64,000 bases of DNA from a virus: the IMG/VR virus record IMGVR_UViG_3300044632_002025; one strand, given 5' to 3'. Under the pieces are notes generated by a model. That model worked only from the letters and a program-made list of their open reading frames with translations, was not told the DNA's origin and did not search any database. Positions 41,413 through 49,836 of this stretch are shown in pieces (position 1 is the stretch's first letter; the number at the start of each line of letters is the position of its first letter). Both the position numbers and the translations under genes were made by a program.

Positions 41413-43293
41413 TTATTCCATCCCCGAAACCATAGATTTAACTTCCTCTAGGGGGATTTCCAACTTCTGCGATAATTCAGCCATTAAGGTATCTAAAATC
41501 CCTTGTAGGTTATCTCCTCCCTCAACATACCCTACACCGTTTAGAACCTCAACTACAGTAGCATCAGTAGCCATAGCTAAAGCACTTGCCACTTCCTGGA
41601 TTTGCATATCAAGGTCAACTGCTACCGTGGCTCCTGTTTCACCTTCAGCTTCAGCTTCTGGTTCTGCTTCTGCCTGAATCTCTTGCATATTTCGCATTTG
41701 TTCAGATATGTTTTCCCATTCTGCTTCAGGGTCAAATCCTAACAATTCTTGTGCTGTCTTAACTGATACAATCTGATTCAGGACTAAAGAACTTAATTCC
41801 TCCATAGATAGTTCAAAATGTTCTTCTGGTTTGAAAGATTCCTTAGTTTCATTTTGAATAGTATTTTGTTCATCAATAGAAGCATTAGGAGTTAAAGCTC
41901 GTTGTAAATCTTCAGTTACCAATCTCATCGCAGTGTCAGCGATTGGTGTTTCTAGTTTCTCCAATCGGGCAAGGCGGTCTACCTTAGCATCAACAGAATC
42001 TAGAACGAACTCATTCAACCCTGAAACTGAAATCATTTCGGCTTTATCAGGGGGTAAACCGTGGGCTAAGGCTACCAACTTATAACAGTTCTCTAGGAAT
42101 CTTAACAATTCCTCACCATAGGCGGTCAAAGCTTGTTCTTGGCTGATAAAGTCCATACTTTTGGCCACACCCGACTCTTGCATTGGTCTATCAGTACCAG
42201 CAGAAATACCGTTACTAAATACTAAATCTTTGATTCTAGATTCAATACCTTGTAAATAGCCTGTAATAGTGGAAATCGCTGAACCAGTAGTCTCATTAAA
42301 GCTAAATCCTGACCCAATCAAAACTCTATGATTACCAGTTTGTTGTTTGGCTTCTTCAATGTCCACCATTTTATCAACAGTTTCCGCCATCGGAGTAAAT
42401 AGTCTTTGAATCTGTCCAGCCAAATTAGCAGTATAGGAAAGATTATTGTGAACTCGGATGTGTTCTAGAACCAAATAAATGGCTTCTTTGACTACCCATA
42501 GATTCTCTGGGGCTTGAATCTTAACTACCGGAATACTATCTCTACCATGTTCAATAGTTGATTTCTTACTGACCATGTATTCTTTAGTTTCTAAGTCTAA
42601 ACCCATGACAGGACTAGGTGTACCATCTTTTGCTAATTCTACTGGACACGAATAAATATTTATTTCTTTATCATCAATAAAAGTCCAGTTTAGGTATACT
42701 CTAGGAATACCCACTGGGTCATATTCAGTCATTAACTCTCTAATTTTTATCCATTGTAACCGTCCATCCTTTTCGTCATAGTGGACTACTTTACAGGGGT
42801 CATATAGGGCAATATAAGGCATTAAACCTTGTTCATCTTGTTCCTTACGGTTTTTAGGTAGGTTCTCAGTATATTCAATATCAATTACTGCATAAACTCG
42901 TTCATACTTCAAAAGTCTGTAAAATACTTCTTTAATAAAGTTCTTTTCTTTTTGGTTATTTCCATTTACGGATTCCCTAAATTTAGCCCAGAACTTCCCC
43001 TCGTCTCCCTGAGTTCCCAAACCATTAATAACATGATTTGAAGCAGTCATCCGATTCATTAATTGGGCTAAACATTGCCCTAAAATAGGTGTGTAGGTAA
43101 AAATCTTTTTGCGGTACTTATAGACTTCTGCATCCTCATCTGGCTTTTTGCAGAGGTATTTCTCCAGATTTTCCCTAATCTGATTACCCCCCGCTAACAA
43201 ATCGTCAGCAGTCTCATAGATGTATTTTTTAGCCAGTACATCGGGGTGATAAGTTTCTAACTGATTAAACGGGACTTTCTCAGGGTATCGCAT
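41413..43293 (-). CDS. portal protein (inferred)
   Basis: 626 aa, immediately downstream of the large terminase in the same operon. It has an acidic C-terminal region. The call rests on position and size. Confidence 0.6.
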   Translation of the reverse strand: MRYPEKVPFNQLETYHPDVLAKKYIYETADDLLAGGNQIRENLEKYLCKKPDEDAEVYKYRKKIFTYTPILGQCLAQLMNRMTASNHVINGLGTQGDEGKFWAKFRESVNGNNQKEKNFIKEVFYRLLKYERVYAVIDIEYTENLPKNRKEQDEQGLMPYIALYDPCKVVHYDEKDGRLQWIKIRELMTEYDPVGIPRVYLNWTFIDDKEINIYSCPVELAKDGTPSPVMGLDLETKEYMVSKKSTIEHGRDSIPVVKIQAPENLWVVKEAIYLVLEHIRVHNNLSYTANLAGQIQRLFTPMAETVDKMVDIEEAKQQTGNHRVLIGSGFSFNETTGSAISTITGYLQGIESRIKDLVFSNGISAGTDRPMQESGVAKSMDFISQEQALTAYGEELLRFLENCYKLVALAHGLPPDKAEMISVSGLNEFVLDSVDAKVDRLARLEKLETPIADTAMRLVTEDLQRALTPNASIDEQNTIQNETKESFKPEEHFELSMEELSSLVLNQIVSVKTAQELLGFDPEAEWENISEQMRNMQEIQAEAEPEAEAEGETGATVAVDLDMQIQEVASALAMATDATVVEVLNGVGYVEGGDNLQGILDTLMAELSQKLEIPLEEVKSMVSGME

Positions 43294-43349
43294 AGGGTGG
43301 GCGGGGTTAGGTCTTCTACTTAGGTCATGAGCGTCCCTACCCTCGCCCC

Positions 43350-45110
43350 TTAATAGCCAGAATTATAATTTCCGTAGAGACTATCATCTTGGGGGACACT
43401 GGGTATTAGGGTATTTGCACCCATACTATCGATGATATTCTCAATATTCCGATGCTCCAAAGTAGCCAAAACGTAACGTAAAGCATCGCAAAAATGGTCT
43501 CTTTGCCCTTCAGCCACTTTCTCGGTAACATTCCCTTCTTTAGACTCTCGGTGATATGCAGTCATGTCCTCAAAAACCCTTTTACAGGATTTGGCAATAA
43601 AAAGTTTATCTTGGTGTAATAAAGTGTTAACCACCCCATTACCTTCTGATACCCTATTATAGCCCTCCATTAACTTGGGAACACCCGCTTTTCTCATGGT
43701 TAAAATTCTTCCCGGTTGTGACGGGTCAGCATATCCACGGTTGACACCATGCGTTCTGGCTAACTCAATGGCTTTCTCATTGTGGACTCGTTGTTCAATG
43801 GCCGCTTTAGGGTTGGGATTTTCCCAACAATCAATCACAAAATAAGCGGCTCCCCGTCTTCCCACCACTACTAGGGCAGGATTCACATCTCCCCAGTCCA
43901 CTCCGATATATACTTGGTCAAATTTTGTCGGTAAATCGTCATCATCCAGTAAGTGTCTCTTATCTAAATCTGAGAATATCTGACCATCAAAAGATTCCCA
44001 AGATGCTAAAAATTCTTGTCTAAAGATTTTTTCGGGTAATGACTCTTTGGTTCTTTGGATTTCATCAAGGGGAATAAAGGGATTATCATAAACTGTTTTT
44101 AAAAAACTAGCCCAATTAGGAACTTCACCACCTTGTAGGTAAAGACTATGGAAAAATGTACCTGCCCCCTTGGGCGTACCAATAATTAGAGATGTACTAT
44201 TTTTAGTATCAACTAAAGCAGGGCGAATCACTTCCGTCCATACAATAGGTTTTATATCTTGCATCTCATCTAATCCAGCAAAATATATCTTCAACCCCCG
44301 CATATTGTCGCCGTTATCTTCATTGGCTCCTCTGAGGATGATGTCTGGTTTATTTCCTTTAAAAACGATTCTGCATTCAGACTTAAAAATTCTTTTAACT
44401 GCTGGGTGTCCATCTAGAATATTTACAAGTGGTTCCCAGTGGATTTGTTTAGCCTGTTTTAAGCTAGGCATAACGAGCAAAACGACGGGGGGTGAAGCTT
44501 TATCATAGTTGCCGTTGTAATTAATAGCCCTTTCGATTAAAGTAGTTAATAGTAGCCTGGAATTATGGGTAGGGATGTTACTTTTACTACATAGGAAAAT
44601 CCCTCCTTCTACTTGAATACACTTAGTTCGATGTCTTCCAACAGGGATTACATCGGCTATAAAAAAGCTTTCCCACGGATGCAAAATTTTACGAGGAACA
44701 GATAAATTAAGTTTTTTACTTCCCTTTTGAATGTTTTGATGGTAATAGAATATTTCCTCAGTAGTCCATGTGTTAGACTCTAACTTACGGTTTAGCTCCA
44801 AAACCCACTCATGGTTTTTCCCTGCTCTGATAACCTGTCCATTTTCAAAGACAATATCGTAGCAATCATCTTCAAATACCTCGGTAGCCGCTAAAACTTT
44901 TACAGGTAAACCCTGTTCATTATATACAGTGTCCCCAGTGAAAATTTTCTTAATCGGTTTATAACCATTTTTGGTCAAAATAGGGGTGTTTTCTTCTAAA
45001 TTTTTCCCAAATCTCCTCGATGAAACCAAAACCTTGAATCTGGCAGGGTCTCCGAATACTTCTTGTTGTCCCGGGTGTAAATATAATTTTAATTTTCCAG
45101 GTTTTGCCAT
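43350..45110 (-). CDS. terL: terminase large subunit, intein-containing
   Basis: Split Walker A (SSRRFGK...S), Walker B YFAGLDEMQD, IGTPKG, and nuclease-domain motifs VYIGVDWGDVNP and HFCDALRYV. ATG 45110 is preferred over the track's TTG 45125 because late motif L13 sits at 45141-45152. Confidence 0.9.
   Translation of the reverse strand: MAKPGKLKLYLHPGQQEVFGDPARFKVLVSSRRFGKNLEENTPILTKNGYKPIKKIFTGDTVYNEQGLPVKVLAATEVFEDDCYDIVFENGQVIRAGKNHEWVLELNRKLESNTWTTEEIFYYHQNIQKGSKKLNLSVPRKILHPWESFFIADVIPVGRHRTKCIQVEGGIFLCSKSNIPTHNSRLLLTTLIERAINYNGNYDKASPPVVLLVMPSLKQAKQIHWEPLVNILDGHPAVKRIFKSECRIVFKGNKPDIILRGANEDNGDNMRGLKIYFAGLDEMQDIKPIVWTEVIRPALVDTKNSTSLIIGTPKGAGTFFHSLYLQGGEVPNWASFLKTVYDNPFIPLDEIQRTKESLPEKIFRQEFLASWESFDGQIFSDLDKRHLLDDDDLPTKFDQVYIGVDWGDVNPALVVVGRRGAAYFVIDCWENPNPKAAIEQRVHNEKAIELARTHGVNRGYADPSQPGRILTMRKAGVPKLMEGYNRVSEGNGVVNTLLHQDKLFIAKSCKRVFEDMTAYHRESKEGNVTEKVAEGQRDHFCDALRYVLATLEHRNIENIIDSMGANTLIPSVPQDDSLYGNYNSGY
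44562..45002 (-). other. 147-codon mini-intein (class-3-like) inside the TerL P-loop
   Basis: The insert runs NLEENTPILTKNGYKPIKKIF...AGKNHEW...RTKCIQVEGGIFLCSKSNIPTHN and is followed by Ser. Removing it gives RRFGK-S. Codon boundaries were checked against the DNA: AAT at 45002-45000, AAA (Lys) at 45005-45003. Confidence 0.7.
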
Positions 45111-45140
45111 TATCTCTACGCTCAATCGCTTCTGTCTTAG

Positions 45141-45152
45141 ATTGGGCGATGG
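45141..45152 (-). promoter_or_regulatory. late-type motif site L13
   Basis: Minus strand: CCATCGCCCAAT, then C-TAAGAC. Lies 31 nt upstream of ATG 45110. Confidence 0.45.
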
Positions 45153-45218
45153 GGGCTTACCCTAGCGATAAGATTTACTTATACTTCATTGATAGCTTTT
45201 TCTTACGGATAAAATATG

Positions 45219-45247
45219 TTGACAAACCAATAAGCGGTATGTTATGT
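45219..45247 (+). promoter_or_regulatory. early-type promoter for the MazG-like gene
   Basis: TTGACA (45219-45224), 17 nt, TTATGT. Confidence 0.55.
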
Positions 45248-45281
45248 TGGGAACATACAGACCTTAAAGACCTAAAAACCT

Positions 45282-45863
45282 ATGCGATTTGAATTAACAC
45301 CAGAAAATTTGGCTTACCTAGACTCATATATGGAGTTTACGGACTCTACAGCAGTTTACCCCGATGAAGTAGCCCTGACTTATTCCATTCTGGGTTTGGT
45401 TAATGAGTTAGCTGAAACCATCGAGTGCTATAATGACCAAATAGCTCAAGATGACACTAACCTTAAGGCAATCGCCCTAGAACTGGGGGACGTAGTTTAC
45501 TACTTGTGTCGAATAGTTAAGCACCTGGGACTCCCCCCACTGTCCACCTTATTTTCACAATACTCTTTGGGCAAACCAGATTCGGTTTCTTCATTGAGAT
45601 TGAGTAAAGTGTTTGAAAGAGCGGTAATTTTTGCTGGCTCCCTCGCTAGTATTCACAAAAAACAACTACGGGGTGATGAAGCATACCAATCCCCAGCTAT
45701 CTTACAGTCTAAGATGCGGGTAATGCCCCTGTTCGTCATTCTTGATGAGTTATCCTGCCTGTTCGGGTTTAACAACCTTCTCAGTGTAATGAACATGAAC
45801 ATGGCAAAGCTATCTGCCCGAAAATTGGCAGGTACTATTAAAGGGGATGGAGATTATCGCTAA
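45282..45863 (+). CDS. mazG: MazG-like nucleoside triphosphate pyrophosphohydrolase
   Basis: Helical NTP-PPase pattern: LGLVNELAETIE ... ALELGDVVYYLCRI. Confidence 0.55.
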   Translation: MRFELTPENLAYLDSYMEFTDSTAVYPDEVALTYSILGLVNELAETIECYNDQIAQDDTNLKAIALELGDVVYYLCRIVKHLGLPPLSTLFSQYSLGKPDSVSSLRLSKVFERAVIFAGSLASIHKKQLRGDEAYQSPAILQSKMRVMPLFVILDELSCLFGFNNLLSVMNMNMAKLSARKLAGTIKGDGDYR

Positions 45864-45886
45864 TTAAACTGACTCAACTTTAATAA

Positions 45887-45914
45887 CCCTAGCCTAGCTA
45901 GGGATTTTTTTTTT
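45887..45914 (+). terminator. rho-independent terminator
   Basis: CCCTAGC-cta-GCTAGGG followed by ATTTTTTTTTT. Confidence 0.75.
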
Positions 45915-45922
45915 GTTGGGGG

Positions 45923-45952
45923 TTGACAAACCCATAAAGGCTAAGTTATACT
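45923..45952 (+). promoter_or_regulatory. early-type promoter
   Basis: TTGACA, 18 nt, TATACT. Thirty of 31 nt are identical to the promoter at 46812. Confidence 0.65.
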
Positions 45953-45986
45953 GTTAAAGTAATCAGAAAACACTAAAGAGGTAAAT

Positions 45987-46826
45987 ATGGAAATCGTAAA
46001 ACCCACAACTGTTAAAGTCCCCGAATTAGATATGGAATTGCAATTTTTTGTCAGTGCAGACGGGAAAACCTGTGGCATGAGTCAGTCTGCGTTAGCCCGA
46101 TTATGTGGAGTTCAACGTGGGAGTATGTTCTCAGAGGGTCGGGTTATCGCAAATCTTTCTCAAGAAACCCCCGAATCAAAAACAGTCCCAGAATGCTTGA
46201 AACCCTTCCAAGGTAAGGTTTTCTCCCAGACGCTGAAAGGGGATTGCGACAGTGTTAATCTTGCGAACATTGTCAACAGTAAAGCCGCCGCCGCTATCAT
46301 TTCCTATTACGGTTTTGAATCAAAAGCCGCTAATCCAGTGGCTCGAAAAAGTCTTTTAGCTTTTGCTTCAATCGGAATCGACACATGGATTAAATCTGTC
46401 ACTGGTTATGTCTCTGACTCAGACCGTCTGGCTAACATTGAAATGGTCATGACGGGTTTAGTTGGTGAAGTACGGGAAATGCGAGAAGAAATCCGTGACT
46501 TCAAAAAAGTAGTCACGGTCTATCCTAAAATCGATGGGTGGAAAAATGGACTAAAAGGTTTGCCCTTTTATCTGCCGGAAGATTTCTCCCTAAAAGATTA
46601 CCTAGAAGCAAAGGCTTTAGACTTCACTAACACAGAGTTCCGCAAAATCCGCCTTCAAGTTGCTCAAGCATGGGAAACCTTAATGGGTGAAAAACCCCCA
46701 AAACGCCATGTCTACGGGTTAAAAAACGGCAAGAAAAAACGAATCAGCACTGAGTATTTCTACCGACGGGAAGACATCCCGATGATTGAGGAAATTCTTT
46801 TGGGTTTAGACTTGACAAACCCATAA
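45987..46826 (+). CDS. hypothetical DNA-binding-like protein
   Basis: 279 aa. MSQSALARLCGVQRGSMF is HTH-like. Confidence 0.5.
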   Translation: MEIVKPTTVKVPELDMELQFFVSADGKTCGMSQSALARLCGVQRGSMFSEGRVIANLSQETPESKTVPECLKPFQGKVFSQTLKGDCDSVNLANIVNSKAAAAIISYYGFESKAANPVARKSLLAFASIGIDTWIKSVTGYVSDSDRLANIEMVMTGLVGEVREMREEIRDFKKVVTVYPKIDGWKNGLKGLPFYLPEDFSLKDYLEAKALDFTNTEFRKIRLQVAQAWETLMGEKPPKRHVYGLKNGKKKRISTEYFYRREDIPMIEEILLGLDLTNP

Positions 46827-46841
46827 CGGCTAAGTTATAAT
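46812..46841 (+). promoter_or_regulatory. dedicated promoter of the tRNA gene
   Basis: TTGACA (46812-46817), 18 nt, TATAAT (46836-46841). Overlaps the 3' end of the preceding gene. Confidence 0.65.
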
Positions 46842-46866
46842 AAAGAGGTCTGGAGCAAAAGACCTT

Positions 46867-46938
46867 CTGGGTTTAGCTTATCGGATAAGCACCGTCCTCA
46901 TAAGACGGCATAGGTGGGTTCGACTCCCACAACCCAGA
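46867..46938 (+). tRNA. tRNA with anticodon CAT (Met, or Ile2 if lysidine-modified); no encoded CCA
   Basis: Folded by hand. Acceptor CTGGGTT/AACCCAG. D arm GCTT-ATCGGAT-AAGC. Anticodon arm CCGTC-CTCATAA-GACGG. Variable loop CATAG. T arm GTGGG-TTCGACT-CCCAC. Discriminator A. 72 nt. Confidence 0.85.
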
Positions 46939-46963
46939 TTTGTTCCTTGTTTGGTTTATTTAA

Positions 46964-46988
46964 CCCCCTAGAGTATAGGGGGTTTTTT
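46964..46988. terminator. rho-independent terminator after the tRNA
   Basis: CCCCCTA-gagta-TAGGGGG followed by TTTTTT. Confidence 0.75.
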
Positions 46989-46996
46989 CTTGCCTG

Positions 46997-47839
46997 TTAA
47001 TAGTTACTGAACCATATATCCTTAAATTCTTCTAAAGCCTTTTCTAATTGTTCCCACACTCCTAAGACCGACTCTCCCCCTTGTTCCCACAGTTCTAAGA
47101 CAGACTCTCCTCCTTGTTCTGGAATTACTCTAGACTTAAAGGGGGGGGTTTTCCGTCCGTTCCAGTTAACCCCTAGATTTCCATGTTCTGACTCTAAATG
47201 GATTCCTACAGCATTAGCGATTAATTTGCGCTTCTGTCCTCCCCATCGCATAGCAAATAGCATATCGGCTCTAGCGGCATTTTGATGGACTGTAGGGTAG
47301 GAATTTTCACTATTGGGAGCATACCAAGCTTGAAAGAATCCAATGGGGACATAATACCCATCCTTAAAGACACGGGGCATAATCGGGAAACGGTCTAATC
47401 TGAGCCAGACTTCCTGTTCATAAAATACGTTAGGGTCGCTAACATAATCTGTCCATTTATCAAAACCTACTGCACTAACTCGGTCAATACCGTAAATACA
47501 ATCGGTTTCTATAAGCTCTTTTCGGATATGATTCATTGAGCGAGGGGGTAGAACAATATCAGAGTCAAAGTGGACTAGCCAACCGCTTTTAGATAAAATA
47601 TTAGACTTCAAAAATTCATCGATTGCCTGGGATTTACCGAAAGTTTGACCCTCAGCAAAAAAAGCTTCAGTAGCATAACACTGAACATGGTGAAAGGAAC
47701 ATACCTCTTGGGTCTTCAGGTCTTGGGGTGTAGTGAGGACTACCAGATTGTCGAACTGCGGACGATTGAAAAGTAAAGACCAAGACAAAAAATCCGAATA
47801 ACCAACACAAGTGGTAAAAGCTTCAACGGGAGAGTACAT
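46997..47839 (-). CDS. putative glycosyltransferase-like protein (DxD)
   Basis: 280 aa. WLVHFDSDIVLPP is DxD-like. The C-terminus has a tandem 11-aa repeat, EQGGESVLELW/EQGGESVLGVW. A G8 tract lies at 47141-47148. The family call is weak. Confidence 0.35.
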   Translation of the reverse strand: MYSPVEAFTTCVGYSDFLSWSLLFNRPQFDNLVVLTTPQDLKTQEVCSFHHVQCYATEAFFAEGQTFGKSQAIDEFLKSNILSKSGWLVHFDSDIVLPPRSMNHIRKELIETDCIYGIDRVSAVGFDKWTDYVSDPNVFYEQEVWLRLDRFPIMPRVFKDGYYVPIGFFQAWYAPNSENSYPTVHQNAARADMLFAMRWGGQKRKLIANAVGIHLESEHGNLGVNWNGRKTPPFKSRVIPEQGGESVLELWEQGGESVLGVWEQLEKALEEFKDIWFSNY

Positions 47840-47871
47840 ATTTTCTCAGTGGGCAGGGGGATTCAAGAATA

Positions 47872-47885
47872 TTTTGGGCGCATAC
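47872..47885 (-). promoter_or_regulatory. late-type motif site L14
   Basis: Minus strand: GTATGCGCCCAAAA, 33 nt upstream of ATG 47839. Confidence 0.45.
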
Positions 47886-47920
47886 TTTTAGGCACAAAAA
47901 AACCACCGGTTAAGGTGGTT
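47885..47920 (-). terminator. terminator hairpin with weak embedded promoter (cassette 1)
   Basis: Minus strand: AACCACC-TTAACC-GGTGGTT followed by TTTTTTT. The loop TTAACC, 17 nt and TAAAAG form a weak promoter. Confidence 0.6.
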
Positions 47921-47943
47921 AAATTTACCGACATCCAAAATCA

Positions 47944-48270
47944 TTACCACACATCAAGCGGCAATCCAGGGTAACGTATTTGAATCCCTAGAGCGTCGCA
48001 AGTGAACTGCAAACTATCAGATAATGGATGACTTTCTCCAAACAAATAAATGACTTTATGTGTCAGTGGGAAGTATATGTGCAAAATACTGATTAGTCTA
48101 ATGGCTTTTTCGGCATTGTAATCTTCTGAGACTATTACCAATTCCTCATCTGTTAAAAAGTCAATAACACCCTCTGGAAGTTTGATAGTTCTTGGGGGAG
48201 TTATATACTCTAGTGCCAAAAAGTCGCAACAATCCTGCTTACTTTTAAACTGTGGGGGTTTGATATTCAT
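47944..48270 (-). CDS. hypothetical protein
   Basis: ORF track, 108 aa. Confidence 0.5.
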   Translation of the reverse strand: MNIKPPQFKSKQDCCDFLALEYITPPRTIKLPEGVIDFLTDEELVIVSEDYNAEKAIRLISILHIYFPLTHKVIYLFGESHPLSDSLQFTCDALGIQIRYPGLPLDVW

Positions 48271-48297
48271 GGCTACATGGGTTAAATGTACTTTCTT

Positions 48298-48333
48298 ATT
48301 ATAGCAACAAAAAAACCACCCGTCAAGGTGGTT
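48298..48333 (-). promoter_or_regulatory. fused terminator-promoter cassette 2
   Basis: Minus strand: AACCACC-TTGACG-GGTGGTT-TTTTTTT-GTTGC-TATAAT. The hairpin loop is the -35 (48326-48321). The stem 3' arm plus the U-run make up the 17-nt spacer. The -10 is at 48303-48298. Confidence 0.65.
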
Positions 48334-48352
48334 AATGTTTTATTTTGTATCG

Positions 48353-49084
48353 TTAACCGTTTATAGTGCTGAAAAATCCTTCTATTGCCTCTCTCACTTC
48401 TGGGTGATTTGCCGGATAAACTGCTATCTCTCGCATTGCCCCGTTGACTAACCGTTTCTCTTGTTGACTTAGTTGACGACAACTCTTTTTAACGTATTTT
48501 CCAAGTTGAGACCGATTATCATGGGAAGGGTTAAATCCCATTTCTAGTGCAATCTCAACAACTCCTTGCAAGGAATCCCCAGTTAAAGTAGCCTGACTTG
48601 GCATTAAATCGGAAATAGCATGGTCAATTAGAAATTGGGCTAATCGGGGGTTATTTCGAGAAATCAATCCCTCAATTTCCACAACTGCCTTAGCTGTTTC
48701 AACAGCAACCTGACGAGATGTTAATTTAGGCTGTTCTACATGGTGCAGACTAACTGTGCCAGTTGTGACTAGCGTTTTGATTTGCTGTAGCATCCAGATT
48801 TTGAACTTCACCGAACACCAACCAGCAAACTCTAAAGCGACTTCTTCAATTGCCCATGTTCCAGTAGTTGCAGGTAAGCCCCCAACGTTAGACACCATTA
48901 CGGGAATCCCCGCAATGCCCTCAAACTCAGTCAGGAACTCGGTTGTAGCATTTAGTCGATTCCAATCATTAATCCGTTTCCCACTAGCCTTAGCCATATC
49001 GGTTAGACAAACCCAGACCCGACCTTCACGATTTTCAAAGCGAATGTTGTTGGAGTTGAAATCAAAAACAGATAAATTAGACAT
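48353..49084 (-). CDS. KilA-N domain protein
   Basis: The N-terminus, FDFNSNNIRFENREGRVWVCLTDMAKASGKRINDWNRLNATTEFL, fits the KilA-N pattern. Confidence 0.6.
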   Translation of the reverse strand: MSNLSVFDFNSNNIRFENREGRVWVCLTDMAKASGKRINDWNRLNATTEFLTEFEGIAGIPVMVSNVGGLPATTGTWAIEEVALEFAGWCSVKFKIWMLQQIKTLVTTGTVSLHHVEQPKLTSRQVAVETAKAVVEIEGLISRNNPRLAQFLIDHAISDLMPSQATLTGDSLQGVVEIALEMGFNPSHDNRSQLGKYVKKSCRQLSQQEKRLVNGAMREIAVYPANHPEVREAIEGFFSTING

Positions 49085-49113
49085 AGTTTAGTCCAGAAAT
49101 AGGTATCCCGTTT

Positions 49114-49149
49114 ATTATAGCAACAAAAAAACCACCCGTCAAGGTGGTT
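49114..49149 (-). promoter_or_regulatory. fused terminator-promoter cassette 3
   Basis: Same architecture as cassette 2: loop TTGACG (49142-49137), 17 nt, TATAAT (49119-49114). Sits between phoH and the KilA-N gene. Confidence 0.65.
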
Positions 49150-49177
49150 TAATATTTAATTCAGAAGTAACTTTAGA

Positions 49178-49813
49178 TTAACCTAGTGCTTCTAAAATTT
49201 TGGCCAGAATTGGATGGCGAACCGACGTACCCTTCGGAAAGAAAGTTACCCCAACACCTTCCACATCATTCAACCGGTTTGCGGCAATTGGTAAATAGGC
49301 TTCAGTTTTCAAACTACATTGGGTGGGGTCTCCGATAATACAGAGCTTTGAACCGTGTGCAATTCTAGTTACCACGGCTTTAAACAGACGTTCAGTAGCG
49401 TCCTCAGCCTCATCAAAAATAATAAAGGTATTAGACAAACTAGCTCCTTTAATATTACCGATGTGGCTAATTTCTATAGTAGAACGGAGCTTCTGGAAAT
49501 CTTTAGGGTGGGCAATTTCAGAAAGATTAGTCCATAGGGGAGTTCCCAATGAATCTACTTTTTCCCCATAATCACCTGGCATAGCCCCAATATCAACCTC
49601 ATCCCTGTCTCTTACAAACGGTCTTACATATAAAACACTATTAATGGGGTCATCTGGATTATTAAGAGCTAAAAGGGCGGAATACATCGCAATCAGAGTC
49701 TTACCAGTACCAGCCTCACCAACACCAATAGAAATGGTATTTGTCCGTAAAGACCGTAGAAACTGTTCTTGATAGCGGTTCTTGGGTTTCAATCCGTGGG
49801 CAATATTGACCAT
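49178..49813 (-). CDS. phoH: PhoH-like ATPase
   Basis: Walker A GEAGTGKT, Walker B IIFDEAED, and downstream CIIGDPTQC, as in PhoH family proteins. Confidence 0.8.
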   Translation of the reverse strand: MVNIAHGLKPKNRYQEQFLRSLRTNTISIGVGEAGTGKTLIAMYSALLALNNPDDPINSVLYVRPFVRDRDEVDIGAMPGDYGEKVDSLGTPLWTNLSEIAHPKDFQKLRSTIEISHIGNIKGASLSNTFIIFDEAEDATERLFKAVVTRIAHGSKLCIIGDPTQCSLKTEAYLPIAANRLNDVEGVGVTFFPKGTSVRHPILAKILEALG

Positions 49814-49836
49814 GTTGTTTTTATGGTTGTTAGTGA

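Noticed and set aside
48282-48482. A 66-aa minus-strand ORF overlapping the 3' end of the KilA-N gene.
   Set aside because: It overlaps 48353..49084 in another frame and includes the terminator-promoter cassette. There is no independent support.
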